Of a stretch of 64,000 nucleotides of DNA, positions 27,289 through 38,818 are shown one piece after another; position 1 is the first letter of the stretch; each line of letters opens with the position of its first letter. The position numbers and the translations under genes are program-made. Under the pieces are notes generated by a model that worked only from the letters and a program-made list of their open reading frames with translations, had not been told where the DNA came from and made no database searches. Source of the stretch: an uncultured virus (IMG/VR IMGVR_UViG_3300017763_003471) (taxonomy: Duplodnaviria; Heunggongvirae; Uroviricota; Caudoviricetes); the IMG/VR virus record IMGVR_UViG_3300017763_003471, positions 62,001-126,000 of that record; one strand, given 5' to 3'.

Positions 27289-30200
27289 TTAGATTTGTTT
27301 GTACTCCGCTGTTACCACAACATTACCAGTTGATGGAGACGCCGCAGATCCACCGTTACCGATAGAAGCTGTCAGTGTTGCACCACCTGCCGTTGCTGTT
27401 TCATACCCTAGGTCTATAACGTAGATACCACCTTCTGATAGATCCACATCATTAACACCTACTAGTGAGTTTGTACCGTCTGAGACAGTTAACTCATCTG
27501 CGCCTACGAATGCTGTAGTCACTTTAGCAGTGATTCTAGAAACGTAGTATGCTTTGCCTGAAACGTTAGCTACAGTACCGATAGCAAACGATGAAGAACC
27601 GTTCGCCGCGAATGCCACTCTACGTACACCAAAGTCAACGGAACCAGCCGCCGCACCATCAACATAGTCTTTGGTTGCGAATGCTTTGTTTCCGCCACCT
27701 GACATGTCGTATGAACTTGGAGCTAATACAAGACCGTCACCTTTTGGTGCTAGTGTAATGTTAATGTCCGCTGTAGTACCTTCTGAATGAAGTTCTACAC
27801 CGCCAGTACCATTGTGGAATTCAAAGTTATCAACTGCACTTGCTGTAGCAGTAAATGTAGCGATAGCCTCGTCATCTGCACTTGTAATTTGAACGTTACC
27901 GTCAGCAGAGCCGCCGTTACCGCCTTTGATAACAACTGCGCCTGAATCACCAGAAGCAGAACCGTTACCACCTTTAAGTACCAAGTCACCTGCCGCACCA
28001 GCTGATGAATCACCACCTGATACAGTTAAGTCAGCATCAGCCTCACCCTGAATTAGGGCTTCACCTGATTGACCTACGATGTAAACGTCACCACCGTTCT
28101 GACCTTGTAGATACATATCTACTGAGCCTGAACCTGATGCGTTTTTGGCTGTAAGTGTTAACTTGCCTGCCGCGTTAGTTAAGTCTAGGAATTCAGCAGT
28201 TCCAGATGAGGCGTTAGCCGCATCAACAACTTTAACACCTGATGAGTTTCTTACTTGTTGCACATATTCCATTGCAAAAGCAGAACCGTCAGAAGTCATA
28301 ACCATGTTGTCTGAACTTGCAGAAGTTAAGCCTGTACCACCGTTAGCGATTGGCATAGTTCCTGTTACGTCTGCTGTTAAATCAACTTGAGCATAACCTA
28401 ACGCACCAGAACCATTTACTTTAAGTACTGTTGAGTTAGAGCCTTTAGCCATTTCAGATACACCTGCTGAACCACTCATAACCATTAATGAGTCTGCCGC
28501 ATAACCTGATGTATCAGTATGCGTACCACCCATATCTAATGGAAGTTCGTTAGTTAGTGTGATTTCTGAAACTGTTAAGTCGTTGACTGTTAAATCAGCC
28601 GCCGCAGTTCCTACTTTCATTTCGAAAGCATCTGTTGTTTCGTTCCAAAGAACAGTTGCGTTGTCAGAAGTACCACGATTTACTTCGATACCACCGTCTT
28701 GTGATGGAGCACCAGTTTCATTTGAGTTTAGAACAATAGTGTTGTCTTCGATGTTTACTGTTTCTGATAGAGTAGTAGTTACTGAACCTGAAACTGTTAA
28801 GTCACCGTTTACAACTGCATTGCCTGAAACTGTCAATGAAGCTAGAGTTGAAGCACCAGCATCAAGAGTGTTTGTACCTGCATCAATGTTAACACCGAAT
28901 GTAGCATCTGTATCATCTAATGTGATTTTAGTTGCTGTAGCATTATCATCAATACCTGTTGAAGCAAAGTCAGAGATAGTTCCACCGTCGATTGAGTCAC
29001 CAGAGATTTGGTCTGCCGCAAGAGTTAGAGTACCTGAAGATACGTCTAATGTTTTGCCTGCGCCAACTGTGATGTCAAAACCACCGATAGTATTACCTGT
29101 TGTACCAGCTAAGTTAGCCGCTGAGATTGAACCGCCGTGTACTTTGTCACCATTGATTGAGTCAGCATCTAATGTTAGAGTTTGACCACTCATGTCAACA
29201 TCTGTACCTGCGATTGAACCACCAGTAATAGTAGCATTGCCTGAGTTTAGGGCTGTTGCTGTTACTGTAGCCAATGAAGCTGTACCACCTGTTAGTGTTA
29301 CGTTATTTGATGTTAGCGTAGAGAAAGTACCAGCCGCCGAAGTAGCCGCACCGATAATTGTCCCATCAATAGCACCACCATCGAAATCAACAACTGATGA
29401 AGTCAAGTTTGCACCTGAAATTGCACCACCTGTGATTTGTGCGTTAGCAGAATTTAGCGTTGAAGCTGTTACTGCCGCTGGAGTTGTACCACCGATAATT
29501 GTACCATCAATAGCGCCACCGTTGATATCTGCACTGTCTGTTGCCATAGTTGTGAAAGTTGCCGCCGCTGATGCGTTTGCACCAATTGTTGCGCCGTCAA
29601 TAGCACCACCATTTAAGTCAACTGAGTCAGAAGTTAATGTTGAGAACGTACCAGCCGCTGATGTACCACCACCGATTGTTGTTCCGTCGATTGCACCGCC
29701 GTCGATATCTACTGTACCAGATGTCATTGTGTTGATTGTGATAGCATTAATTGTACCACCTTCAATTTTGTCACCTGAGATTTGGTCGTTTGCTAGAACT
29801 AGCGTACCAGCTGATAAATCTGCTGTGTCTGCCGCGCCTAGAGTTACGCCACCAGTTAGAACACCGTCTTTAATAGATGCACCATCGATTGCAACACCGT
29901 TACCTACGGAGTTTTCACTAATAGTGTCTACTGAAACTGAACCAGAGAATGTTGCATCTGATCCTGATACTGCGTCTGCGAAAGTGATGCCAGCGCCATT
30001 TGTCTTCTCGTTGATTGTATCAACTGAGATAGCGTCCATGACCTGTGAACCAATTAATAAGTCACCTAATGCAGTGCCTACTTTTAGTTCAAATCTATCA
30101 TCTGTTTCATTCCACTGGAATGTCGCATTGTCGGCTGTACCTCTGTCAATCTCAAGACCAGCTGTACCGGCTGTTACGCCTGCCGCTGTTTCACCGTTGT

Positions 30201-32070
30201 TTAAAACGATTGAGTTGTCAGTGATTTCAGTATTAGTTGTGTTGATAGATGTCAATGTACCGTTAACTGTCAAGTCACCTGTAACGATTGCGTCCCCTGC
30301 CATTGTTACGGCAGTATCTGTAACTGTTATCTGTGTTGAAGTTGCGTTATCATCGATACCTGTTGAAGCGAAGTCAGAAATTGTTCCGCCATCGATTTTG
30401 TCGCCTGAAATAGCATCGTTATCAAAAGTCAAAGTTTGACCAGTCATATCGATTGCCGTACCTGCGATTGTGCCGCCTGAAATTGCCGCACCTGCTGTAG
30501 TCATAGTTGAGAACGTACCAGCCGCTGATGTAGAAGCACCTATTACAGTGTTGTCTACTGTACCAGCATTGATATCGGCTGTTGTTGCTGTTAAGTCAGC
30601 GAATGTAGAAACACCCGTTGCCGCAACACCGGCATCTTTTAGCGTTACACCATCAATTACTACGCCGTTACCTACAGTTTTTTCACTGATTGTATCAACT
30701 ACTAGAGTATCAGTTGTTGTAGAACCTGCACCTGAGATGCCTGCACCAGCAACGTTAATACCTTGAGTTGTAACGATTAGTGAGTTGAAAGTAATGTCGC
30801 CATTAGTAGTGTATGCTTCGATTTCGTCAACATATAATTTACCAGTTACGTTAGCATCTGCAAAAGTGGCATTAGCCGCCGTTGTAGCACCAATAACTGT
30901 TGCATCAATGTTACCACCGTTAATATCAGCCGCATCAGTTGTCATTGTTGAGAATGTACCTGCCGCCGATGTAGTTGCACCGATGATTACGTTGTCTATT
31001 GCAGAACCAGCCGCACCGTCTACGTCTAGTGTACCGTCAACGTCTAGTGTTTTACCAGCACCAACAGTTATGTCATACTGAGAGATAGATACACCAGCAC
31101 CACCTTGTAGGTTAGCACCGTCGATTGTACCACCAGAGATAACATCACCTGATAATTGGTCGTTTGCTAGAGTTAAAGTTCCACCTGATAGGTCTACAGT
31201 ACCACCAGTGATTGCTACTGCGTTAGCATCTTGAGTTGAAATTGTTCCAAGACCCAAGTTTGTTCTTGCAGTACCTTTACCTGATGTTTGTGATGCATCT
31301 ACACCTAAGCCACCGTTGGCTAAGCCTAGAGCACCTGACACTGCATCTGATGATGTTAGGTTAACTGCGCCATAAGCCACGCCGCCTGAACCATCTGATA
31401 ATAGTGCTTGACCAGTTGTTGTTGTACCTTTGATTGTTAGTTCGTCTGAACCATCAACCATAATGTAAGTACCATCAACGTTTACGTTTAGAGTATTACC
31501 TGATTTTGATAAGGCGTCACCAGCAGTGATTTGACCTGTACCAGTAAATTTAGTAAACACAATGTTTGATGATCCAACTGTAATTGGTCCATCAGTAGTC
31601 ATTACGTAACCTTGGTCTGAGTTTACAGTACCTTCTTCAACAAAGAAGAATGCACCGACGAATTCGCCAGCCGCGTCCATGTCGGATGCTCTTGTAAGAC
31701 CACCTGAATCATATTCGTAGATACCGTTTTCGGTTTGAGTTGTTTGATCCTTTAGAAGGATTCTGTCACCAGCATTCAAGTTAACACCGTCCATTGACGA
31801 TGCTGGAGTGCCGATATTGACAGTACCAGTTGAAGCAACACGCACTGAGTCTTTTACATCAAGACCTTGTGCTACTGAATCAACATAGCTTTTGTTTGCC
31901 GCATGGTTGTCCGCTGTAGGAGTTGCTACGTTCATGTTGCCAAGTGTAGTACCGTCAGTTGTTACTTTGAACAGGGAATTACCTGAATCATAAACAACAC
32001 GACCGCCCGACTTACCGAACTGAACATCAGCACCAATACCACGGATACCAAAGTTTTTAATGTCAGCCAT
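27289..32070 (-). CDS. Large Gly/Thr/Ala-rich repetitive virion fibre protein (1593 aa)
   Basis: AANKSYVDSVAQGLDVKDSVR, repeated GGxIDGTxIG and NxIVLN...GIEVxRG units; strong AGGAG RBS and terminator. Confidence 0.75.
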   Translation of the reverse strand: MADIKNFGIRGIGADVQFGKSGGRVVYDSGNSLFKVTTDGTTLGNMNVATPTADNHAANKSYVDSVAQGLDVKDSVRVASTGTVNIGTPASSMDGVNLNAGDRILLKDQTTQTENGIYEYDSGGLTRASDMDAAGEFVGAFFFVEEGTVNSDQGYVMTTDGPITVGSSNIVFTKFTGTGQITAGDALSKSGNTLNVNVDGTYIMVDGSDELTIKGTTTTGQALLSDGSGGVAYGAVNLTSSDAVSGALGLANGGLGVDASQTSGKGTARTNLGLGTISTQDANAVAITGGTVDLSGGTLTLANDQLSGDVISGGTIDGANLQGGAGVSISQYDITVGAGKTLDVDGTLDVDGAAGSAIDNVIIGATTSAAGTFSTMTTDAADINGGNIDATVIGATTAANATFADANVTGKLYVDEIEAYTTNGDITFNSLIVTTQGINVAGAGISGAGSTTTDTLVVDTISEKTVGNGVVIDGVTLKDAGVAATGVSTFADLTATTADINAGTVDNTVIGASTSAAGTFSTMTTAGAAISGGTIAGTAIDMTGQTLTFDNDAISGDKIDGGTISDFASTGIDDNATSTQITVTDTAVTMAGDAIVTGDLTVNGTLTSINTTNTEITDNSIVLNNGETAAGVTAGTAGLEIDRGTADNATFQWNETDDRFELKVGTALGDLLIGSQVMDAISVDTINEKTNGAGITFADAVSGSDATFSGSVSVDTISENSVGNGVAIDGASIKDGVLTGGVTLGAADTADLSAGTLVLANDQISGDKIEGGTINAITINTMTSGTVDIDGGAIDGTTIGGGTSAAGTFSTLTSDSVDLNGGAIDGATIGANASAAATFTTMATDSADINGGAIDGTIIGGTTPAAVTASTLNSANAQITGGAISGANLTSSVVDFDGGAIDGTIIGAATSAAGTFSTLTSNNVTLTGGTASLATVTATALNSGNATITGGSIAGTDVDMSGQTLTLDADSINGDKVHGGSISAANLAGTTGNTIGGFDITVGAGKTLDVSSGTLTLAADQISGDSIDGGTISDFASTGIDDNATATKITLDDTDATFGVNIDAGTNTLDAGASTLASLTVSGNAVVNGDLTVSGSVTTTLSETVNIEDNTIVLNSNETGAPSQDGGIEVNRGTSDNATVLWNETTDAFEMKVGTAAADLTVNDLTVSEITLTNELPLDMGGTHTDTSGYAADSLMVMSGSAGVSEMAKGSNSTVLKVNGSGALGYAQVDLTADVTGTMPIANGGTGLTSASSDNMVMTSDGSAFAMEYVQQVRNSSGVKVVDAANASSGTAEFLDLTNAAGKLTLTAKNASGSGSVDMYLQGQNGGDVYIVGQSGEALIQGEADADLTVSGGDSSAGAAGDLVLKGGNGSASGDSGAVVIKGGNGGSADGNVQITSADDEAIATFTATASAVDNFEFHNGTGGVELHSEGTTADINITLAPKGDGLVLAPSSYDMSGGGNKAFATKDYVDGAAAGSVDFGVRRVAFAANGSSSFAIGTVANVSGKAYYVSRITAKVTTAFVGADELTVSDGTNSLVGVNDVDLSEGGIYVIDLGYETATAGGATLTASIGNGGSAASPSTGNVVVTAEYKQI

Positions 32071-32285
32071 TTTAGTTTCTCCTTAGAATTTAATAGCTAT
32101 TAAGGTTAAGACATATAATATTGAATATACAATACGCCCATCTATATTTTCTCAATTTTATTTGAAATGTAATTACCGGAAGAAACATCAGTAATGATAA
32201 GAGATTAAGAACATCAGGCATGAAGCCCGGTAAAACTCTTACTGATTGTATTTAGCTGTTAGATTAATTATGTTTTATACGTAGT

Positions 32286-34331
32286 TTATACGTATGTTAC
32301 TGTGACTTTAACTTCACCAGCATTTGCATTTAGATGTTCTAGTGAACATTTAATCTCTAGTTCAGTTGTACCTTCATAATGAAAGTCTGGAGTTGTTGTA
32401 TATGATCCTTGACCTTCAACATCATTTTGGTCTTCTGTCATAAATCTACTAGGATCTGCTACAGTACCTATTTCTAATGACGGTACTAAATTATTAGGAC
32501 CACCCGCATAACCTGATAACGGTGTAACAACTTCTACAAGAACACTTACAACCCTAGAGTTATCTGATATACGACCTAGAGTTACAACTTCTGTAGTACC
32601 AAATGATGCACTTGGCATTGTATATGTGTGTGATAAAGAGTTTGCATCTGTAGAAGCACTATCTTGTGTAGCAACGATATTCCATTGTGTACCATCCCAT
32701 ACATGCATAGCCCATTCACCTTGTCCAGTATCAAGAATATAAACACTATCACCTGCTAATTTAACTGGAATAGCATCACGGGCCGCTATATTAGAAACAA
32801 CTGTAGTTCCTGCTTTACGAACACCTTGCTCAACATTAAGACCAACAGCATATGAACCTGTATGTCCACTTAAGATACCAAAATCATTAGTTGCTGAACC
32901 AACTGCATCTTGTAGAATAATTTCACCACCATCTGTTCTTTCTAATTGAAGAACAAAAACATTAGAACTACCTGCATAAGTTAGTCCTAACGATGCACAT
33001 GAATTCATACCAGCAAAGTTATTATTGTTTGCATCTGGTGATGTATTAACGATAGTTATAGCACTACCTTGTGCTTGACTTATAACTAAGTTACCTGCAT
33101 TTACTGATGCTGTAATATCAGTAATACCTGCCGCATTAATATCTGCGGCCATATCGTCTGCAATAGCAACTGCCATACCATATGCGGCTTGTCCTGCCGC
33201 TGTCGTACTAAAGTTTACTACTGAACCATTGATTGAAGCTGAGAACGGTGCAAACCCACCAATAAGACCGTATGCTGAACCATAAGTTGCAATATCTGAT
33301 GTTATTTCATTTGGTGCTGGACTTGCCGATGCTGTTACTTTATGGTCGGCTGTTTTTGCATTAATATCTGTGACTGCGTTTTGTACACTTACAACACCTA
33401 AACTACTTGTTATAAAAACAATATCTTCACCGTTAATATTCATGGTGTCGCCTGCTGTTGCTTGACCATTAATAACTGTTCCACGTGTAGTACTAGGAAC
33501 TTCATCTACTAATTTTAAGAAAATAGCAACACCCGTATCTGTTAAAGTTAAATCTCCTGAACCGTCGATTGCAGGATAAACAAAGTCACCTTTGTTTCCT
33601 GGTAAACCTGGAACGAAATCAATAACACCATTAGCTGGTCTTAATAAAAATCTATTTGGTCCCGGACCTGGGTGTGTTACTGTACCTACTAATCTTTCAA
33701 TATTATCTGGTGCCGCTAATTCAAATGCACCTGTTGTTGCATCCATACAAATAACATCACCTTCTTCAAAGCCATTAGCTGTTTGTTCAAGAACATAATT
33801 CATTTGAGGATTTAAATATTTGAAACGTGAATTTACGTTTGCATAGAAGTCACTTGAAACGATACCAGTTGGTAGTGGATCCAACATAGGATCACCTTCT
33901 TCATTAATTTGAAATACTACTGCACCACCTGGTACGTTAAATATACCTGTACCTGATGCACTTCTGAATGTATTGTATCTGAGTCTATCTTCTACTTGAC
34001 ATTTTACTGTGAATGCTGTTTTTTCAGAAATACTTACAATTTGTAATGCACGACCATCAGTCGCACCTGCGATAAAATCACCTACTACGATATCATAACC
34101 GTTAAACTGTCTTGCTGTTCTAGTTAAATGAGAACCATGCTGTATTGTTGTTACAGTCATATTAATTTCCCATCTATAGGCTTTAGCGTTTCCGCCACCG
34201 CCCCACCATGGGTCGCCTTTACCATCATCGTACTCCCAATTTGCTAAGGGAGTTGCTGTTAAGACGTTGCAGGGAAGAACTTTAGCCGGGACGTTTAGGT
34301 CGATTGCACTAGTCTTATAATTAATCGCCAT
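32286..34331 (-). CDS. Virion structural protein (681 aa)
   Basis: In structural operon; C-terminal beta-rich domain similar in style to that of 27289..32070. Confidence 0.6.
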   Translation of the reverse strand: MAINYKTSAIDLNVPAKVLPCNVLTATPLANWEYDDGKGDPWWGGGGNAKAYRWEINMTVTTIQHGSHLTRTARQFNGYDIVVGDFIAGATDGRALQIVSISEKTAFTVKCQVEDRLRYNTFRSASGTGIFNVPGGAVVFQINEEGDPMLDPLPTGIVSSDFYANVNSRFKYLNPQMNYVLEQTANGFEEGDVICMDATTGAFELAAPDNIERLVGTVTHPGPGPNRFLLRPANGVIDFVPGLPGNKGDFVYPAIDGSGDLTLTDTGVAIFLKLVDEVPSTTRGTVINGQATAGDTMNINGEDIVFITSSLGVVSVQNAVTDINAKTADHKVTASASPAPNEITSDIATYGSAYGLIGGFAPFSASINGSVVNFSTTAAGQAAYGMAVAIADDMAADINAAGITDITASVNAGNLVISQAQGSAITIVNTSPDANNNNFAGMNSCASLGLTYAGSSNVFVLQLERTDGGEIILQDAVGSATNDFGILSGHTGSYAVGLNVEQGVRKAGTTVVSNIAARDAIPVKLAGDSVYILDTGQGEWAMHVWDGTQWNIVATQDSASTDANSLSHTYTMPSASFGTTEVVTLGRISDNSRVVSVLVEVVTPLSGYAGGPNNLVPSLEIGTVADPSRFMTEDQNDVEGQGSYTTTPDFHYEGTTELEIKCSLEHLNANAGEVKVTVTYV

Positions 34332-34348
34332 TCAAAGTATTCCTATTC

Positions 34349-37300
34349 TTACATCATTGTAAACATGATCCATGCATGAGTATCAGTACCAAATGAACGA
34401 GAAGCGCCTGTGTCTGCTTCTCTAAGTTTTAATGTTACTACTGATGAGCCTAGTGAACCGAACGCTGTCGGAGAACCAGCTACCCCACCACCTGCTACTG
34501 TACGAGTTGAAATATCTTTGTTCAGTGGCATGATAACATATTGGTTAGATGCTCTTGCATATCCATATATTAATATATTAGCTGGCGGATAACTATGACC
34601 TGAGAAAGTAATCTCTACGTCACCGCCTGTAGTTGATAAAATTGTTGCACTTACACCAGTTGAAGCATTTGAGATTGAACTCAAGCTACCATTAGTTGCA
34701 TAGTTTAACTTAAATCGTTCAGTAGAAGTTCCACCTCCACCTCCGCCACCGCCTGACGGCGCCGCTGGTGCATATGATGAGCTTCCGCTGTTCCATGTTA
34801 ATACATCACCATTGTTTGGTGTATCTGTAGAAACATCTGATAATTCTGTAATTGATTCACTTGTTAAATCTGCCGCACTTGCCGAAGCCGCTACAAATTT
34901 AGTACCATCCCATTCTAAGTATTGACCTGCTGAGATACCTGAAATGTTAACATCGTTTAAGTCTCCAACAGAAGAACTTGATAAGTTTGGTGTTCCACCT
35001 GCCGCCGCCGGTGCCCACTCTGATCCTGTCCAAGATAGAACTTGACCTGAACTTGGTGCTGTTGCAGAAACATTTTGTAAATCACCAATATTTGCATTCA
35101 AAGAGAATGTGTTAGTGTTTAATTGTAAACCTGTACCTGCTGTATAAGATGTACCACCTAGTAAGTTACCTGCATCTGTTAAGTCATCAACATCTGTAGG
35201 AATAGTTGGTTTATTCTTAATATTTGTGTAGTCCATTACATCTTGGCTGTTAAACATCAAGTTTGAACCTGTTGTATTAAGAGTGTTGTCACCAATGTAT
35301 AATGAGTTATCACTTAAGAATAAGTGTCTAATTTTGTTACTTGCACTACCAATATCATATGTAGCATTTGTATCTGGTAAGATATGAAAATCAAATTGAC
35401 CCATGTATGTTTCAACATCTGAGTCACCATATGATGATCCGCCACCTGATACAGTAGAGAAACTAAAGTTACCAGAACCGTCAGTTGTAAGAACTTGACC
35501 AGTAGTACCTGAAGGCATAGTTAAATCACTTAATGCACTTGGTATAGTAGGTGCACCTGTTAAAGATGAATATGCTCCATCGAATAACGAAGGTGTATTA
35601 GTTAAGTTATTATAGTCGCCATCGAATGTACTATACGTTGAAAGATCCGGTGGAGTAAATGTGAATTGTCCTGATGCACTATTATAAGCTAATGACCCAC
35701 CGCCATTTGCTGTACCATTTGAAACACTTAATGCATTCAATGTTACAATACTTGGTTTATTAGTCAAGTCATCGTAATCACCACTGAATGTGCTGTAGCT
35801 TGATAAATCTGCTGGAGCAAATGTAAATGCACCTGTAGAACTATTGTAAGCTAATCCACCACTACCTGATGCCGCGCCTGTTGAAACTGAAATTGCGTTT
35901 CTGGCATCTGCATCTGTATAAGTAGTACCTACATTTGTGTTCTCAATCGTAATTGGAGCACCTGGTGTCGGTGATGGTAGAATATTAATACCTGGACCAG
36001 CTTGTAGTAATACGTTTACTCTATTATCTACTAATGCATCTGTGTAATAAAGATTTGTTGCACCACCCGGTAAATCATCTGTAGATTTAGAATTGAAATT
36101 TGAATCAAATCTTGCTGTAGTATAGTAATAATTTGAAGAACCTTCTGCTACATCATCTGTTGTTGATATTGAAAATTCATTTTCTGGTTCAAATTGACTT
36201 GCTGATGAATTCCATTTTAGAACTTGACCGTTAGTAATACCTGATGTGTCTACATCCAGTAAGTCAGTCATCGCCGCATTTAATGTGAATAAACCTAAAG
36301 TATTATTGTATTGTAAACCAACGCCTGCACTTAAATCTGTTAGAGATATACCTGCACCACCTGTAGCAGTTGAGTCTGCCGCCGGTGACCATTCTGTACC
36401 TGTCCATTTTAAAACATGACCAGTAGTTGGTGTAGCTGTACTTACGTTTGATAAATCACCTAGTGATATATCTAAATTTTGAATTGTTGCACCATTGAAA
36501 TCTACTGTACCTGAGAATGATGAAGATCCGTTTGATGAGATATTACCACCGAACCCTGCTGAGCCACTTGTATTATCAAGTAGAACATTGCCGTTAGTAT
36601 CGTATATGTTACCTTCAAATGCTTGAGCCTGAACTGTTCCTGTCGATTGAATACCTGCAAACTGTACATTATCTGTAGTAGAAAGTGCTTGGTTAGATGT
36701 AGGTATATTTACTGTCTGATTTTCCCAATCACCTGATGTATTATTATATACTAAGAACTGACCATCTGTTGTGCCTGTTACTGTAACGTCACTTAAATCA
36801 TCAATAGTTTGAACATTTGATGAACCAGCTAAATTTGATAAGTCTACAGTGTTACCATTTGCTATAGTTAATATATTGGTTGAAGTATTAAATGATAAAG
36901 TTTGATTATCTGTATCTGTAAACATACCAGCAAAATCAACTGTATTTTGTCCTGAAATTGTTAACTGCGTTCCGCTTAATGCTAGAGTTTGTGAACCTCC
37001 ACCTAGTAAACTATTTGTGTCTGTCAAATCTGAAACATCTGCCGGTATATTGGCTTCATTAGCTAATGGTACCCAGTTACCTGCATGAGCAAAATATCCT
37101 TTGCCGGTTGCGTGAACATGAGCAAACATACCGTGGTATGTAGTTGCACTTGGTAAATCACCTAATGTAGCATAAACGTTAGCAAATAAAACTTTATTGC
37201 CACCCATATCTAAATCTGAACTTGTTACAGCCGAATTAGCAGGTTGTGGTTCCCATTGACTATTAATTTGTGACCAAGTTAATACTTCACCGTTTTGCGG

Positions 37301-38806
37301 GACATTAGCCATCATTCCGCCAACGCCACCTGCATCTACATCTGATAAATCAGCTAATTGTGATGCACCGCCACCGCCTGCTAGAGTTGATAAATCTACA
37401 GTATTACCATTAGCGATTGTTAATATGTTTGTGCCTGTATTAAAAGATAATGTTTGATTATCTGTGTCTGTAAACATACCTGCGAAATCAACTGTGTTAC
37501 CACTTGATATCGTAAGTTGTGTTCCAGCTAATGTTAAACTCTGTGGTGTGCCTGCTAGTAAACTACTTGTATCTGTTAAGTCTGATACGTCTGCTGGTAT
37601 TGTAGGCTTATTAGATAGATTATTATAATCAGTACTGATAAGTGAACCTATGTCAACTGAGTTACCAGAAGAAATTGCTATCTGTGTACCGTTTAATGCA
37701 AGTGTTTGTGGTGTAGAACTTCCTCCACCTCCTGCACCTTGTGGGTCAGCCGCTAACCATTGACTACCGTTATATGTTAAAACTTGTCCTGCATTACCTG
37801 TTACTGTAAGAGTATCAGCCGCTACCGCAGTACCTTGAAAAGTTTCAGCGTAAATGTCGTTAAATTTGAATGTTGCAGAACCAATATCAAATGTATTTGT
37901 TACTGTCGGAACAGTTGATTGGTCTAATCTTACGAATGGGTCATCATCATTATATGATGGTAATGTAATTGTGTTACCACCTGATATTGTAAGTGATTGA
38001 CCTAATAAAGAAAGAGTTTGTGGGACGCCTGCGCCTCCACCGCCTCCACCACCTGTTGGTTGTGAAGCAACCCATGTTGAACCATTCCATGTTAATACTT
38101 CGCCTTGTGCAGAACCTACAATAGTAAGATTGTCTGCTAGTAAGGCTGTACCTTGGAATGTTTCAGCGTAAATATCGTTAAATCTTTTTAATGAAGAACC
38201 TATATCAAAAGTATTATCAACAGTAGGAATACTATGAGCATCTAATCTGATATATTTTGAATCTGTTTCTGCTTTTGAATATACGTCTAAGTTTGTTCTT
38301 GCTGTTGTAGTGTCGGCTACATCGGATAAATTATTTGCAATCTCTAACATGCCATTGACATTTGCTGTTAAGTCAATAGTTAGAGTATCATTTGCTTCTG
38401 AGATAGAAAGGCCAGTTCCAACTGTAATACTCTTTGTTTCAAGTGTAGTTCCTGCTGTATTGTTGCCTTTTATAAGTCCTAGACCAGTACCTAAGTTTGT
38501 ACCGTCTGTTAATCCTGATTGTGAGGCTCCTGCTACATCAAGTACTAATGCAGTACCGTTGTCTGTAATAGTTAAATTCGTGCCGGCTATAATACTTTTT
38601 AATTCTAGGGCTGTGCCTGTAGCCTGTCCTAATCCAACTCCAGTACCTGTATTAAGTACAGTAGTTAAACCAGCGCCTCCAGTTGCACCCGTATTAGTTG
38701 CGTTTACAAACGCATTTTCACTAGCATCATAAACTAAAATTTGGCTATCCGACAAATTGCCAACTAGTTTAAATGTAGGACTAAATGGTTGTGCGTTAAT
38801 GCTCAT
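34349..38806 (-). CDS. Large tail-fibre-like protein (1485 aa)
   Basis: Repeats LxDLxDV...GQVLxWNG, QTLSLxGT, PxxxxTFDIGS, YNNLTNKP, Gly linkers. Confidence 0.75.
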   Translation of the reverse strand: MSINAQPFSPTFKLVGNLSDSQILVYDASENAFVNATNTGATGGAGLTTVLNTGTGVGLGQATGTALELKSIIAGTNLTITDNGTALVLDVAGASQSGLTDGTNLGTGLGLIKGNNTAGTTLETKSITVGTGLSISEANDTLTIDLTANVNGMLEIANNLSDVADTTTARTNLDVYSKAETDSKYIRLDAHSIPTVDNTFDIGSSLKRFNDIYAETFQGTALLADNLTIVGSAQGEVLTWNGSTWVASQPTGGGGGGGAGVPQTLSLLGQSLTISGGNTITLPSYNDDDPFVRLDQSTVPTVTNTFDIGSATFKFNDIYAETFQGTAVAADTLTVTGNAGQVLTYNGSQWLAADPQGAGGGGSSTPQTLALNGTQIAISSGNSVDIGSLISTDYNNLSNKPTIPADVSDLTDTSSLLAGTPQSLTLAGTQLTISSGNTVDFAGMFTDTDNQTLSFNTGTNILTIANGNTVDLSTLAGGGGASQLADLSDVDAGGVGGMMANVPQNGEVLTWSQINSQWEPQPANSAVTSSDLDMGGNKVLFANVYATLGDLPSATTYHGMFAHVHATGKGYFAHAGNWVPLANEANIPADVSDLTDTNSLLGGGSQTLALSGTQLTISGQNTVDFAGMFTDTDNQTLSFNTSTNILTIANGNTVDLSNLAGSSNVQTIDDLSDVTVTGTTDGQFLVYNNTSGDWENQTVNIPTSNQALSTTDNVQFAGIQSTGTVQAQAFEGNIYDTNGNVLLDNTSGSAGFGGNISSNGSSSFSGTVDFNGATIQNLDISLGDLSNVSTATPTTGHVLKWTGTEWSPAADSTATGGAGISLTDLSAGVGLQYNNTLGLFTLNAAMTDLLDVDTSGITNGQVLKWNSSASQFEPENEFSISTTDDVAEGSSNYYYTTARFDSNFNSKSTDDLPGGATNLYYTDALVDNRVNVLLQAGPGINILPSPTPGAPITIENTNVGTTYTDADARNAISVSTGAASGSGGLAYNSSTGAFTFAPADLSSYSTFSGDYDDLTNKPSIVTLNALSVSNGTANGGGSLAYNSASGQFTFTPPDLSTYSTFDGDYNNLTNTPSLFDGAYSSLTGAPTIPSALSDLTMPSGTTGQVLTTDGSGNFSFSTVSGGGSSYGDSDVETYMGQFDFHILPDTNATYDIGSASNKIRHLFLSDNSLYIGDNTLNTTGSNLMFNSQDVMDYTNIKNKPTIPTDVDDLTDAGNLLGGTSYTAGTGLQLNTNTFSLNANIGDLQNVSATAPSSGQVLSWTGSEWAPAAAGGTPNLSSSSVGDLNDVNISGISAGQYLEWDGTKFVAASASAADLTSESITELSDVSTDTPNNGDVLTWNSGSSSYAPAAPSGGGGGGGGTSTERFKLNYATNGSLSSISNASTGVSATILSTTGGDVEITFSGHSYPPANILIYGYARASNQYVIMPLNKDISTRTVAGGGVAGSPTAFGSLGSSVVTLKLREADTGASRSFGTDTHAWIMFTMM

Positions 38807-38818
38807 ATCTGTGTTCCT

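Noticed and set aside
28145..31081. Long plus-strand ORFs (up to 415 aa) inside the 1593-aa gene
   Set aside because: Antisense shadows of a codon-biased repetitive gene; no RBS or recognisable motifs.
32173..32246. Hammerhead ribozyme in the leader
   Set aside because: CTGATG is followed by T rather than A, and no properly placed GAAA core was found.
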